Below, piece by piece: positions 22,601 to 36,400 of a stretch of DNA of 64,000 bases. Every line of letters begins with the position of its first letter. The stretch's first letter is position 1. The stretch comes from Macrostomum lignano. Its lineage: Eukaryota. Made by a program: the position numbers and the translations under genes. The notes under the pieces are model-generated. The model searched no databases, was not told the DNA's origin, and was given only the letters and a program-made list of their open reading frames with translations. The stretch lies in assembly GCA_002269645.1 (NCBI GenBank), contig NIVC01003363.1:3868-67867 (forward strand). The letters run 5' to 3'.

Positions 22601-24561
22601 CCTCCCAGATCCTCAGTTGCTAGGCCAGCCTCCCAGATCCTCAGTTGCCAGGCCAGCCTCCCATATCCTCAGCTGCTAGGCCAGCCTCCCAGATCATCAG
22701 TTGCTGGGCCACCAGCCTCCCATATCCTCAGTTGCTAGGCCAGCCTCCCAGATCCTCAGTTGCTAGGCCAGCCTCCCATATCCTCAGCTGCTAGGCCAGC
22801 CTCCCAGATCCTCAGTTGCCAGGCCAGCCTCCCATATCCTCAGTTGCTAGGCCAGTCTCCCAGATCCTCAGTTGCTGGGCCAGCCTCCCATATCCTCAGT
22901 TGCTGGGCCAGTCTCCCAGATCCTCAGTTGCTAGGCCAGTCTCCCAGATCCTCAGTTGCTAGGCCAGCCTCCCATATCCTCAGTTGCTGGGCCAGCCTCC
23001 CAGATCCTTAGTTGCTAGGCCAGCCTCCCATATCCTCAGTTGCTGGGCCAGCCTCCCAGAACCTTAGTTGCTGGGCCAGCCTCCCAGATCCTCAGTCGCT
23101 GGGCCACCAGCCTCCCAGAACCTTAGTTGCTGGGCCAGCCTCCTAAATCCTCATTTACTAGTCAATCTGAGTCACTTACTCGTGGATTAATGCTCTAAAG
23201 CTTAGTCCTGTAACGCATCTTTCGGGGGGGGGGCGTAGCCTAGTTGTCTAGCGTGGCATTCTGGTGTGCCAGCGTCCCAGGCTCGATTCCAAGTGCAGTC
23301 ATTAATTTGGGGCTAAATTTGAATCCCAAGGCACAATAAAGTGTACATACCTAACGACAAATAAAGTTACGGCCGCTGTACACTCATGTGAGTGCGTGCC
23401 TGTGCGTATCCGCGCACTTGTGTGCCTGCTCAGGGGAGTCGGTAGAATGGGCAGTAATGCCTCTCGCCGGCTGTGTCCTGTGTGACAATGTCGCTTAAAG
23501 AATGCACCTCCCGTCGCTGCCAGATCTGCATGAACGCAGTCGGCCTGCTTGGCGACCTCTGCCGCGCCCTCGGCGAGCGCATCGCTCCCTACACTGACGA
23601 GATCTTCGTCATCCTGGTGGAGCTGCTCAGCTCGCAGGCCGTCGACCAGAGCGTGAAGCCCAGCGTGATCAGCGCCTTCTCCGACTTCTCCCTGGCTCTG
23701 GGCCCGGGCTTCTTCAAGTTCCTGGAGATCGTCATCAACACCCTGCAGCAGGCCAGCCAGGCCCAGGTGGACGTGAGCAACCCGGACCAGGTGGACTACC
23801 TGAACGAGCTGCGCGAGGCCTGCCTGGAGGCCTACACCGGCATTGTGCAGGGCCTGAAGGGCAACGGGCCGACTCCGCACACTCAGGAGCTGCGCTCCAT
23901 CCAGCCGGCTGTGCAGCCCATGCTGCACTTCATTGCCATGGTTGCCCGCGACCCCGTCTCCACTGACGAGGTGCTCGGCTGCGCCTGCGGCCTGCTGGGG
24001 TGAGACTTGAGCTGTTGAGAAATTTCCTGTTGGATAGAGGGGCTCTGTTCTGTCAGTTTCCTGACCTATATCTGGATCTCAGTAGATAAGCTAATATTGC
24101 CAGTAGATATTGCTCAGATTGTCAGTAGATAAGCTCAGATTGTCAGTAGATAAGCTCAGATTGTCAGTAGATAATCTCAGAGGCACATTGTCAGTAGATA
24201 AGCTTATATTGCCAGTAGGTAAGCTCATATTGCCAGTAGATAAGCTCATATTGCCAGTAGATAAGCTCAGATTGTCAGTAGGTAAGCTCAGCTTGTTTAC
24301 ACAGATAAGCTTGATTACACAGAAGATAAGCTGGTTTACTTTGCAACTCAGCGGCTGGTCTCAGTGAGCCTCAACTCCCCTGTCCGCCATCGCAGCGACC
24401 TGGTGACCGCCTACGGCGCCGACCTGCTGCCCGCCGTCAGCGAGGACGTTTTCAGCGCCATGCTGCAGAAGTGCCGCCGCAGCAAGGTGTCAAAGGCGAA
24501 GACCCTGGCCGTGTGGACCACCAAGGAGATTCGCAAGCTGAAGAACCTGCAGACGGCCTGA
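7694..24561 (+). CDS. KPNB1: Importin subunit beta-1 (karyopherin beta 1), 11 exons, about 893 aa, complete arm-1 copy
   Basis: Exons 7694-7733, 11168-11226, 11309-11491, 13069-13263, 15031-15333, 16184-16545, 18675-18989, 19329-19565, 20691-21035, 23524-23999, 24396-24561, with consistent splice phases. Motifs: [79 protein letters not shown]. One C is missing at about 18720 relative to arm 2. AATAAA at 24571-24576. Confidence 0.95.
9755..9984. mobile_element. hAT-type MITE (230 bp) in KPNB1 intron 1
   Basis: Termini CAGGCGC...GCGCCTG with an 8-bp TSD GTCTTGGC (9747-9754, 9985-9992). Internal G/C-run palindromes. Confidence 0.75.
11759..12870. repeat. 74-bp satellite, about 15 units, KPNB1 intron 3
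   Basis: Unit AACC(T/C)TGGCGCTGAAGTCACCTGTAAAAGATTTTCTAAGAAACGAAAAGCCGAGTATCTGATGTGTAAAATGTA. Confidence 0.95.
14487..14905. repeat. 21/22-bp minisatellite, KPNB1 intron 4
   Basis: Unit GATCCTCC(C/T)CATGGGAATCCCCC(C), decaying towards the 3' splice site. Confidence 0.92.
15678..16155. repeat. 25-bp minisatellite, KPNB1 intron 5
   Basis: Unit CAATTGAATATCCAGGGTCCAGT(CC/TT), about 19 copies. Confidence 0.95.
16620..18626. repeat. 40-bp G-rich minisatellite, KPNB1 intron 6
   Basis: Unit GGGATAATCCATGTGGGTTGGGGATTGTT(GGT/AGC)GGGGCATG, about 50 copies. Confidence 0.95.
19010..19323. repeat. 30-bp minisatellite, KPNB1 intron 7
   Basis: Unit CCTGAATCTCACTGTTTGCCACAAACGCCA, about 10 copies, ending a few nt before the CAG acceptor at 19326-19328. 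Confidence 0.95.
19591..19831. mobile_element. MITE-like element in KPNB1 intron 8
   Basis: Imperfect TIRs CAGTGGCGGATCTA / TAAATCCGCCCCTG and internal GGGGCGC repeats. No TSD recognised. Confidence 0.55.
21090..23150. repeat. 28-bp minisatellite (31-32-bp variants), KPNB1 intron 9
   Basis: Unit (A/G)GGCCAGCCTCCCA(G/T)ATCCTCAG(T/C)TGCT, about 70 copies. Confidence 0.95.
23231..23300 (+). mobile_element. Possible tRNA-derived SINE head (degenerate)
   Basis: A-box-like TAGCCTAGTTGT and B-box-like GGCTCGATTCC at tRNA-like spacing. No proper cloverleaf. Confidence 0.35.
24080..24290. repeat. 21-bp minisatellite, KPNB1 intron 10
   Basis: Unit CAGTAGATAAGCTCA(G/T)ATTG(T/C), about 9 copies. Confidence 0.9.
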
Positions 24562-25366
24562 GCGCAGTTCAATAAAAGTTCCTTTCGCACCCGACTTCAG
24601 TTAGCAGTGACTGCTCAGTCCAAGCCTTCCCGCTCGCGTCAGCCCCGTCTCCACCCGCTGCTCACTCAGTTATGCACCCGTTTAGCTGCTCTACAGTCTG
24701 AAAGCTTCCATTCACTGTTTCTGTCCCTGTCTGTGTCTGGTCTGCCTGTCCGTCTGTCTGCATTTATTACTGACTCAATTAGCGGCCCGTAGCCCCGCTG
24801 CCTGCCTGCCTGTGTGGCCACCGTTCATCGCTCCGCCGCCCCCGCCTTTGCCGGCCAAGCACATTTTCTCTCTCTGAAAATGCCCATCTACTGGTTTATT
24901 TTTATTTTCCGAGTTTGCGTCTTCGTTATTTTCTCGGTTTTTAGTACCCCGTTATTATTATATTATTAGTATAAATTGTTAGAAATCAGAAATAATTTTT
25001 CAATTCTGTTCTCTACTTCGAATCGAATCCAATTTGTCCTGAGCCGTCAGCACCGAATCCAGCTCGAATTTGCTGCGCCCTTGGTCTCTGCAAAACTGAA
25101 TAATAAATATAATTGCCTCCGCTTCTAATCAATAACAAATATTTAAGCGCGTATTTTGCTACAAAAATTAAAGTAACATCTCGTCATTCCCCAATTGAAC
25201 TCCAGCTGCCTTGTGCGTGTCTGTTCAATTTTCCAGCTTTTCAACTTCGCAGTCTTTTAATAAGCAGTTCTGCGCGCTCCGCTGGCTCCTGAGCACACGC
25301 GCCAATACTGTATACAGGCATGTACTCATGCACACGCTCACTCAGGGTGTACAGCAGCCCTGACTT

Positions 25367-26172
25367 NNNNNNNNNNNNNNNNNNNNNNNNNNNNNNNNNN
25401 NNNNNNNNNNNNNNNNNNNNNNNNNNNNNNNNNNNNNNNNNNNNNNNNNNNNNNNNNNNNNNNNNNNNNNNNNNNNNNNNNNNNNNNNNNNNNNNNNNNN
25501 NNNNNNNNNNNNNNNNNNNNNNNNNNNNNNNNNNNNNNNNNNNNNNNNNNNNNNNNNNNNNNNNNNNNNNNNNNNNNNNNNNNNNNNNNNNNNNNNNNNN
25601 NNNNNNNNNNNNNNNNNNNNNNNNNNNNNNNNNNNNNNNNNNNNNNNNNNNNNNNNNNNNNNNNNNNNNNNNNNNNNNNNNNNNNNNNNNNNNNNNNNNN
25701 NNNNNNNNNNNNNNNNNNNNNNNNNNNNNNNNNNNNNNNNNNNNNNNNNNNNNNNNNNNNNNNNNNNNNNNNNNNNNNNNNNNNNNNNNNNNNNNNNNNN
25801 NNNNNNNNNNNNNNNNNNNNNNNNNNNNNNNNNNNNNNNNNNNNNNNNNNNNNNNNNNNNNNNNNNNNNNNNNNNNNNNNNNNNNNNNNNNNNNNNNNNN
25901 NNNNNNNNNNNNNNNNNNNNNNNNNNNNNNNNNNNNNNNNNNNNNNNNNNNNNNNNNNNNNNNNNNNNNNNNNNNNNNNNNNNNNNNNNNNNNNNNNNNN
26001 NNNNNNNNNNNNNNNNNNNNNNNNNNNNNNNNNNNNNNNNNNNNNNNNNNNNNNNNNNNNNNNNNNNNNNNNNNNNNNNNNNNNNNNNNNNNNNNNNNNN
26101 NNNNNNNNNNNNNNNNNNNNNNNNNNNNNNNNNNNNNNNNNNNNNNNNNNNNNNNNNNNNNNNNNNNNNNNN
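25367..26172. other. Assembly gap (806 N) at the centre of the inverted duplication
   Basis: Run of N. Confidence 1.
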
Positions 26173-27370
26173 CTGGGAGGCTGGCCTAGCAACTGAGGAT
26201 CTGGGAGGCTGGCCTAGCAACTGAGGATCTGGGAGGCTGGCCTAGCAACTGAGGATATGGGAGGCTGGTGGCCAGCAACTGATGATCTGGGAGGCTGGCC
26301 TAGCAGCTGAGGATATGGGAGGCTGGCCTGGAAACTGAGGATCTGGGAGGCTGGCCTAGCAACTGAGGATCTGGGAGGCTGGCCTAGCAACTGAGGATCT
26401 GGAGACTGGCCTAGCAACTGAGGATCTGGGAGGCTGCCCAGCAACTAAGGTTCTGGGAGGCTGGCCCAGCAACTGAGGATATGGGAGGCTGGCCTAGCAA
26501 CTAAGGATCTGGGAGGCTGGCCCAGCAGCTGAGGATATGGGAGGCTGGCCTAGCAACTGAGGATCTGGGAGGCTGGCCTAGCAACTGAGGATATGGAGGC
26601 TGGTGGCCCAGCAACTGATGATCTGGGAGGCTGGCCTAGCAGCTGAGGATATGGGAGGCTGGCCTGGCAACTGAGGATCTGGGAGACTGGCCTAGCAACT
26701 GAGGATCTGGGAGGCTGGCCCAGCAACTGAGGATCTGGGAGACTGGCCCAGCAACTGAGGATCTGGGAGGCTGGTGGCCAGCAACTGAGGATCTGGGAGG
26801 CTGGCCCAGCAACTAAGGTTCTGGAAGGCTGGTGGCCCAGCAACTGAGGATATGGGAGGCTGGCCCAGCAACTGAGGATCTGGGAGGCTGGCCAGCAACT
26901 AAGGTTCTGGGAGGCTGGTGGCCCAGCAACTGAGGATATGGGAGGCTGGCCCAGCAACTAAGGTTCTGGGAGCTGGCCCAGCAACTGACACTCTGGGAGG
27001 CTGGCCAGCAACTGAGGATCTGGAGGCTGGCCTGGCAACTGAGGATCTGGGAGGCTGGCCTAGCAGCTGAGGATATGGGAGGCTGGCCTAGCAACTGAGG
27101 ATCTGGGAGGCTGGCCCTAGCAACTGAGGATCTGGGAGGCTGGCCTAGCAACTGAGGATATGGGAGGCTGGTGGCCCAGCAACTGATGATCTGGGAGCCT
27201 GGCCTAGCAGCTGAGGATATGGGAGGCTGGCCCAGCAACTGAGGATCTGGGAGCCTGGCCCAGTAACTGAGGATCTGGGAGGCTGGCCTAGCAACTGAGG
27301 ATCTGGGAGGCTGGCCTAGCAACTGAGGATCTGGGAGGCTGGCCCAGCAACTGAGGATCTGGGAGACTGG
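26173..27370. repeat. 28-bp minisatellite (arm-2 copy, truncated by the gap)
   Basis: Reverse complement of the 21090-23150 array. Confidence 0.93.
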
Positions 27371-27426
27371 CAGTTCCACAGCTGACTGGCCAGCAAGCCA
27401 CAAGAAACGGGAGCTGAATCGTCTAC

Positions 27427-30400
27427 CTGGGTTTCAGTAACGGAGCGCAGGCAGGAGAGCAGCACCGGCTTGAAGACCTCCATGTACTTGATGAAGTCCT
27501 CGCCAAGGCAATCCACCAGGGCGGCCATGGCCAGCAGGGCGTCCTCCTGCACGCCGCTCTGCTGCTCAGCCTCATCGTCGGCGGGCTGGCTGCTGCCTGC
27601 TGCTGCTGGGTGAGCATCCGGAGCAGCAGCTCCATGACAGCGTCGGCAATGTTGGGCGCATCGTTGCGGTCGATCTTGTGCAGCACGGACTGCAGGGTGG
27701 CGCACAGCATGCTCTGCAGCTCGTTCAGCTGGGCCCGGTCGTGCGAGGTCTGCAGCTTGTCGGCCACGTCCTATACGGATGGTTGGAGAAAAATCACAAT
27801 TCAATGATATTTATAGCTGCTACTGGATTGGCTACTTGAAGTAGTTGGTGATTGGGTTCAAGCTGAATAAGTTTATCCGTGTGCCAAAAGTGGAGTCGAA
27901 CCCGGTTGACACTGCCAGGACCATTTTCTGTCCTAATATAGATTCCAATTTCAAGCATTAGCTAGACTGAACAGAATTTTTTGTCCGCCATGCAAGATTT
28001 TTGCGCCACGCTCTATACTTGCTACTCACCTCGTATCAGTAGACAAACTCCGACATGCAAGTCGATTTTAATTTAACAGACTAACACTCAGTTTGGGACT
28101 TGCAGCGCGGCGAAATTGTTTTCCCCAGAACCCAGTCAACCCGATGCAAACGGTAACTAGGCCAAGAAATTTGCCAGGGTCACCTGCTTCGCCCAGAGTC
28201 CTTTCAGAATCGTTGCGGGTGAATAGAAAAGAAGTGACTCTTGACGACTCTAAAACGTCACGGTAAAAAGAGCCAAAAAGTCGTCATGGCGACGCAAGTG
28301 ACTCTGGGGCGATACTGTTGTAATGACTCTGGGCCGTGGAGTCGTATCTGAGGCGAGCCAGAGTCGCCGTAGAATCACTGAATTGTGTCTAAAGCGCATC
28401 TGCGGCACTTAATGAACAACTCTATTTATTCTACTTGAGTTAGTAGAAAGTTCAGCACGTTGATGCGCTCCTGACTCAACAGTCGCATCTCCATCATATT
28501 ACCAGTCGTTTGAGTCGTTGGAAAGTCACACGAGTCGTACCAGAGTCGCTAGAGTCAGTGGTTAGTTTGCAATGACTCTTTAGCGACTGCTGGCACAATA
28601 ACGTTTGCAACGGGCAACACAGCATACTCAGGGCGGATTTAGGGGGGGGGGGCGACCGCCCCCCCCCAATAATAGCTTGACCGAACATATTGTGCCCCCT
28701 AAACTTGATTCTTTGCCCCCAAACGCCTTTTTTGCGCCCCTAAGCTTGATTTTTCGCCCCCAAAAGCATTTTTTGCGCCCCCTAGCTTAAAAATTGGCGC
28801 CCCTTACACTCGTGTTGGCGCCCCAAACTTGGACCGCCCCCCCCAAAATGAAACTCTAGATCCGCCACTGGGCTAATCATGTTCGCTGGCCTTGCCTGAA
28901 TGCTCTTGAGCCGCTGCATCACAATAAGCGTGGTTTTCTGCAGGGTGGCGTAGCAGTCCCTGGGCGAGTGCTTCAGCATCTCCATCAGCGCGTGGTAGGC
29001 CGCGTTGCGCAGGTTGTGCTGCCCTGCCTCCTGCCGGTCCGTCGTCTCCAGCAGCTTGCCGACGATCGGCTCGAAGAAGCCGCTCAGGCAGTAGGTCTCC
29101 ACCTGGGCGCTGCGGTTGTCCGACGTGCCGGCCTGGTGGTGAGATTCAGGTGGCGTTTGTGGCAAACAGTGAGATTCAGGTGGCGTTTGTGGCAAACAGT
29201 GAGATTCAGGTGGCGTTTGTGGCAAACAGTGAGATTCAGGTGGCGTTTGTGGCAAACAGTGAGATTCAGGTGGCGTTTGTGGCAAACAGTGAGATTCAGG
29301 TGGCGTTTGTGGCAAACAGTGAGATTCAGGTGGCGTTTGTGGCAAACTGTGAGATTCAGGGGAGATTTGTGGCAAACAGTGAGATTCAGGGGGAGATTTG
29401 TGGCAAACTGTGAGATTCAGAGGGAGAATTGTGGCAAACAATGAGGTTCAGTCAAGCAGGGCCGCTTCACCTGGCTGACTGCCTGGTCGTAGGCGGCGGA
29501 GGCGAGGCTGCTGAAGGCCCAGCAGACGTTGGCAGCCACCCGCGGCTCGGCTCCGAGGCCCTCCACCAGGCCGTGCAGCAGCGGGTTGAGGAACTTCTCC
29601 TGCACCACCAGGCCAGGCAGGGTGTCCAGCACGCGGCCGATGGTCCAGGCCGAGGTGTCGCGGACAACATTTGACGGATCGCGCAGCAGCTCGATGATGA
29701 CGGGCAGGGCGTTCTCAACCAGGCTGCGCAGGTTGTCGGGGTCCGGGCCCTCCAGGATGCAGCCGAACGACATCACGGCGGCGTCGCTGTAAAATAGTGG
29801 TGTCGGCGTGGAGAGCTCTAAGAATCCAAAGCAAACATGGATTATCCCCATGCCTGGCTTACAATCCCCAATCCACATGGATTATCCCCATGCCCCGCTA
29901 ACAATCCCCAATCCACATGGATTATCCCCATGCCCCACCAACAATCCCCAACCCACATGGATTATCCCCATGCCCCGCTAACAATCCCCAATCCACATGG
30001 ATTATCCCCATGCCCCACCAACAATCCCCAACCCACATGGATTATCCCCATGCCCCACCAACAATCCCCAACCCACATGGATTATCCCCATGCCCCTCAA
30101 AAACTCCCCAACCCACATGTATTATCTCCATGCCCCGCTAACAATCCCCAAACCACATGGATTATCCCCATGCCCCAACAATCTCCAACCCACATGGATT
30201 ATCCCCATGCCCCGCTAACAATCCCCAAACCACATGTATTATCCCCATGCCCCGCTAACAATCCCCAAACCACATGGATTATCCCCATGCCCCACCAACA
30301 ATCCCCAACCCACATGGATTATCCCCATGCCACACCAACAATCTCCAACCCACATGGATTATCCCCATGCCCCACCAACAATCTCCAACCCACATGGATT

Positions 30401-33400
30401 ATCCCCATGCCCCGCTTCAATCCCCAAACCACATGGATTATCCCCATGCCCCGCTAACAATCCCCAACCCACATGGATTATCCCCATGCCACACCAACAA
30501 TCTCCAACCCACATGGATTATCCCCATGCCCCGCTAACAATCCCCAAACCACATGGATTATCCCCATGCCCGCTAACAATATGCAACCCACATGGATTAT
30601 CCCCATGCCCACCAACAATCCCCAACCCACATGAATTATTCCCATGCCACACCAACAATCTCCAACCCACATGGATTATCCCCATGCCCCACCAACAATC
30701 TCCAACCCACGTGGATTATCCCCATGCCCCGCTAACAATCCCCAACCCACATGGATTATCCCCATGCCCGCTAACAATCCCCAAACCACATGTATTATCC
30801 CCATGCCCCGCTAACAATCCCCAAACCACATGGATTATCCCCATGCCCACCAACAATCCCCAACCCACATGGATTATCCCCATGCCACACCAACAATCTC
30901 CAACCCACATGGATTATCCCCATGCCCCACCAACAATCTCCAACCCACATGGATTATCCCCATGCCCCGCTTCAATCCCCAAACCACATGGATTATCCCC
31001 ATGCCCCGCTAACAATCCCCAACCCACATGGATTATCCCCATGCCACACCAACAATCTCCAACCCACATGGATTATCCCCATGCCCACCAACAATCTCCA
31101 ACCCACATGGATTATCCCCATGCCCCACCAACAATCTCCAACCCACATGGATTATCCCCATGCCACACCAACAATCCCCAAACCACATGGATTATCCCCA
31201 TGCCCCGCTAACAATATGCAACCCACATGGATTATCCCCATGCCCCACCAACAATCCCCAACCCACATGGATTATCCCCATGCCGCTCTAACAATCCCCA
31301 ACCCACATGGATTATCCCCATGCCCCACCAACAATCTCCAACCCACGTGGATTATCCCTATGCCCCGCTAACAATCCCCAACCCACATGGATTATCCCCA
31401 TGCCCCGCTAACAATCCCCAACCCACATGGATTATCCCATGCCCCACCAACAATCTCCAACCCACGTGGATTATCCCTATGCCCCGCTAACAATCCCCAA
31501 CCCACATGGATTATCCCCATGCCCCGCTAACAATCCCCAACCCACATGGATTATCCCCATGCCCACCAACAATCTCCAACCCACGTGGATTATCCCCATG
31601 CCCCGCTAACAATCCCCAACCCACATGGATTATCCCCATGCCCCGCTAACAATCCCCAACCCACGTGGATTATCCCCATGCCCCACCAACAATCCCCAAC
31701 CCACATGATTATCCCCATGCCCCGCTAACAATCCCCAACCCACATGGATTATCCCCATGCCCACCAACAATCCCCAACCCACATGTATTATCCCCATGCC
31801 ACACCAACAATCCCCAACCCACATGTATTATCCCCATGCCCCACCAACAATCCCCAACCCACATGGATTATCCCCATGCCCCACCAACAATCCCCAACCC
31901 ACATGTATTATCCCCATGCCCCACCAACAATCCCCAATCCACATGGATTATCCCCATGCCCCACCAACAATCCCCAATCCACATGGATTATCCCTATGCC
32001 CCACCAACAATCCCCAGCTAACATGGATTAACCCAACACCACACTGAATACCCACTAGAACACAGGGATTATCCCTAGTCCACAAGGATCATCTGGAGGC
32101 CACGCACCGGAAGCGCCAGTTCTCGGACCGGATGTGGTCGTTGACGAAGGGCAACACGGCGCCCACGATGGCATCGCCGGCGCACTGGGCCAGCAGCATG
32201 AGGCAGACCGTGGCCGCCTTGCACGGGCCCCAGTCGTCCTCGTCGTCCTGCTCCTCCTGCCTGGTGAGGGTGGCGGTGAGAATGGGCACCAGGTAGGGCA
32301 GGGCGCCGCGGGCGTAGTGCTTGCTGCTGACGGTGGGCGGCAGGCCCTTCTCCTCGCTCTCCTGCTCGTCGATGGCCAGGTCGATCTCTTCCTCGCACAC
32401 GGTGGACCAGAACTCGATGCCCTGCAGGGCCACCTCTTCCACCTCGCTCTTCATCGCCTCGTAGGTGATCTGAGGTGTGGGGGATTTAGCGATTGGTTTG
32501 GACCCTGGATGTTTAATTGGGACTGGACCCTGGATATTCAATTGAAACTGGACCCTGGATATTCAATTGAAACTGGACCCTGGATATTCAATTGAAACTG
32601 GACCCTGGATATTCAATTGGGACTGGACCCTGGATATTCAATTGGAACTGGACCCTGGATATTCAATTGGGACTGGACCCTGGATATTCAATTGGGACTG
32701 GACCCTGGATATTCAATTGAAACTGGACCCTGGATATTCAATTGGGACTGGACCCTGGATATTCAATTGGGACTGGACCCTGGATATTCAATTGGGACTG
32801 GACCCTGGATATTCAATTGGGACTGGACCCTGGATATTCAATTGGGACTGGACCCTGGATATTCAATTGAAACTGGACCCTGGATATTCAATTGAAACTG
32901 GACCCTGGATATTCAATTGGGACTGGACCCTGGATATTCAATTGGGACTGGACCCTGGATATTCAATTGAGACTGGAGTTTGAATTAAAAATTTAAAATG
33001 ACAGATTTTTAGAGTCCATGTGATAAGCGAATGTTAGCAATTTAAAGATAAAACACGAATACAATAAAACGTGTAGCAGGTCAGAGTAGCGGGGAATAAC
33101 AAATGAGAGTCTCAGCGGAAAACCCCGTTGTTCTCAGCCTGCAGAAGCAGCAAAATGGCTTTAATGTAGGAGACAGGTTTCATGCGCCGCAGATGCACTG
33201 CTCGGGTGGCTGGGGCACTTCTTTTAGTCTCCGATTGCAAAATGACATTTTACTGTATTGCAATACTACTTACTATAAGTAGAAGAATACGGCTAAGATA
33301 ATTGCAGCCAATGTACTCACGGCAAACAAGGCCTGGTTCATATAGGTCTCCATGTACTGATAATACAGATTCATAATCTTGACCAGGCACTGCAGGGCGG

Positions 33401-36400
33401 CCACTTTGATGCCGGTCTCGGCGCACTGGGTGGCCTCGCACACCACCTGCATGATGTAGTGCCGCTCCGCGTCAATGTCGAAGTTCTGCTTGGTGAACTC
33501 CAGGCTGTTGAGCAGGGCCTGCGTGGCCGCCAGCCGCACGTTGCTGTTCTGCTCCTCCTTCTTCATGCCGTTCACGATGGCCGTGAGGATCTCGTTGCTC
33601 TGCGCCGACAGGAAGTTCGGGTCCTGGGGGTGCGGGGGCGGCTTGATGGAGCTGGGATACTGGGCGATTCCATGTGGAAGATCTGTTGGAGGGGTCGATC
33701 ACATGTTGGATCTGTTAAGGGGCGATTCCATGGGAGGATCGGATCTTGGGGATTCCTATGGGGAGGATCGGGGGGATTCCCATGAGGATCGGGGGATTCC
33801 CATGGGGAGGATCGGGGGATTCTCATGGGGAGGATCGGGAGGATTCCCATGAGGAGGATCGGGGGATTCCCATGGGGAGGATCGGGGGATTTCCATGGGG
33901 AGGATCGGGAGGATTCCCATGAGGAGGATCGGGGGGATTCCCATGGGGAGGATCGGGGGGATTCCCATGAGGAGGATCGGGGGATTCCCATGGGGAGGAT
34001 CAGGGGGATTCCCATGAGGAGGATCGGGGGGATTCCCATGAGAAGGATCGGGGGATTCCCATGAGGAGGATCGGGGGGGATTCCCATGGGGAGGATCGGG
34101 GGGATTCCCATGGGGAGGATCGAGGGGGATTCCCATAAGGAGGATCGGGGGGATTCCCATGGGGGAGGATCTGATGAAGGATGAGAGAACCTGGTGGGGG
34201 AGGGCGATTCCTGCGGGTAGACAGTCTAAATTAAGGTGGACAGGCAGACACACCCAGACAGGTAGATGCAGCAGACAGGTAGGCACAACAGCAAGGCAAT
34301 GCAAAAAATAGCTGTGTAAAATTGCTAAATAAACAGTATGAAAACTAGTCTAATGAGACAATTTCTAAGACCGTTGACAACATAATTGATTAATATTGGA
34401 ATAAGCTGGCCGATTTAATGAACCAGAGTATGCAGTCAGCAGTAGAAATAAATATCAGCAGATATCGGATCACTACGCAACCGAATTATGATAATTAATA
34501 AACAAATTGCAAGCCAATTCAGTCAGATTAGGCAAACTGCAGCCGGCAATGAGAAAGGGATTTAAGTCGGATAGCCATAATTGGGGATTAGAGATTAACT
34601 GTTAAGCTGCTACCAAACTACAGCTGGCAGTTGGTCAACTGGCCAGCAAGCACGCAGTGATTGACAGGTAAATGCATCAATTATTGAAACTGCAAGCCAT
34701 CGAAAGCAAATAAAATGTCAATATTGTGATAACAAAGGGCAAGGAGAGGAAGAATCCTAACAGAGCCGCAGCTTACCATCTTGACGAGTGCAGGGCGGCG
34801 AGCGGGGGCGGGGAGGCAGAGGGAGATGGGCGGCGTTTAGCAGGTGGAATCTGATGTAGACTGCAGTTCAATAACAAATGCTGACTTACCTGGCATGAAA
34901 CTTCACAATTATGACATTCAAAAAATGTAATAATAGAGAATTGTGATACTTATAAGAATTATGACCATACATGCGCAACACATGGCCGACTGGCGTAGTA
35001 CTAATTAGATGACGAGGTATTCAGCCTTAATAAGACAATTATAGTTACTTCTGCCATTTACCCACAATTGCGTTAATTTTTGCTCTAGGGTTTCTTTCAC
35101 AGGTAAGTTGCATTTTTGGTCAAACAGTACTCGTAAGTCACACGGCCAGTGTAAATCAGGGGGGGGGGGTTGCGCATGTATGATTATGACATTCGAGATC
35201 ATGACACTCGAGAATTATGATATTCGAGAAATATGTTTTAGATAGAAAAACGATATTAGAGAATAATGATATGATTTTCAATCTAGCATACATGTAATTG
35301 ACATATTTAAATTACCTGAAAATGATGGTTACAATCGAGACGAACTTGAAGTAGCAAAAATGTCAGTAAGCATAAAAACATGACAAACAACTCACAATAT
35401 CCTGGCAGATGTAGCCAATGGCCTGTAGAGTGGCCTGCTTCTTCAGCGGAGTGCTGGCCTGGTCCACAACGTTAGCAACCAGCACCTGCATGAGGTTGGC
35501 CCACTGGCCGGCCGGCAGCTCGATCACGGCGATGTAGGCCACCGCCTGGGCGGCGGAGCTCTGCACCTCCGTGCCCAGGGTGAGCAGGCACTGCGGGGGT
35601 CAAGGTTCAATTTGGGGCTCTACTGAAGGGGTGACATAAGCCTATTTAGTTGCGTTCTAACCACAATCAAATATGCTTAACTTACATCGCTGGCAGTTTA
35701 TGCAAAAAACTCACACAGCCCTCAGACGCGACGCGCAATTGCATTTTAATTTACATGTCATAGCAACATGGCAGATGAAACAGGCTTTTTACATTTTACA
35801 CATCAGATACTCGGCTTTTCGTTTCTTAGAAAATCTTTTACAGGAGACTTCAGCGCCAGGGTTTACATTTTACACATCAGATACTCGGCTTTTCGTTTCT
35901 TAGAAAATCTTTTACATGTGACTTCAGCGCCAGGGTTTACATTTTACACATCAGATACTCGGCTTTTCGTTTCTTAGAAAATCTTTTACAGGTGACTTCA
36001 GCGCCAGGGTTTACATTTTACACATCAGATACTCGGCTTTTCGTTTCTTAGAAAATCTTTTACAGGTGACTTCAGCGCCAGGGTTTACATTTTACACATC
36101 AGATACTCGGCTTTTCGTTTCTTAGAAAATCTTTTACAGGTGACTTCAGCGCCAGGGTTTACATTTTACACATCAGATACTCGGCTTTTCGTTTCTTAGA
36201 AAATCTTTTACAGGTGACTTCAGCGCCAAGGTTTACATTTTACACATCAGATACTCGGCTTTTCGTTTCTTAGAAAATATTTTACATGTGACTTCAGCGC
36301 CAAGGTTTACATTTTAAACATCAGATACTCGGCTTTTCGTTTCTTAGAAAATCTTTTACAGGTGACTTCAGCGCCAGGGTTTACATTTTACACATCAGAT

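Noticed and set aside
11759-24290. CRISPR-like appearance of the repeat arrays
   Set aside because: Units are contiguous with no unique spacers, there are no cas genes, and the context is a spliced eukaryotic gene.
25320-26220. ORFs of about 290 aa made of X
   Set aside because: Artefacts of the N gap.
34882-34896. ACTTACCTGGCA resembling the U1 snRNA 5' end
   Set aside because: The match stops after 12 nt; it is the reverse complement of a consensus 5' splice site, and no U1 stem-loops or Sm site follow.
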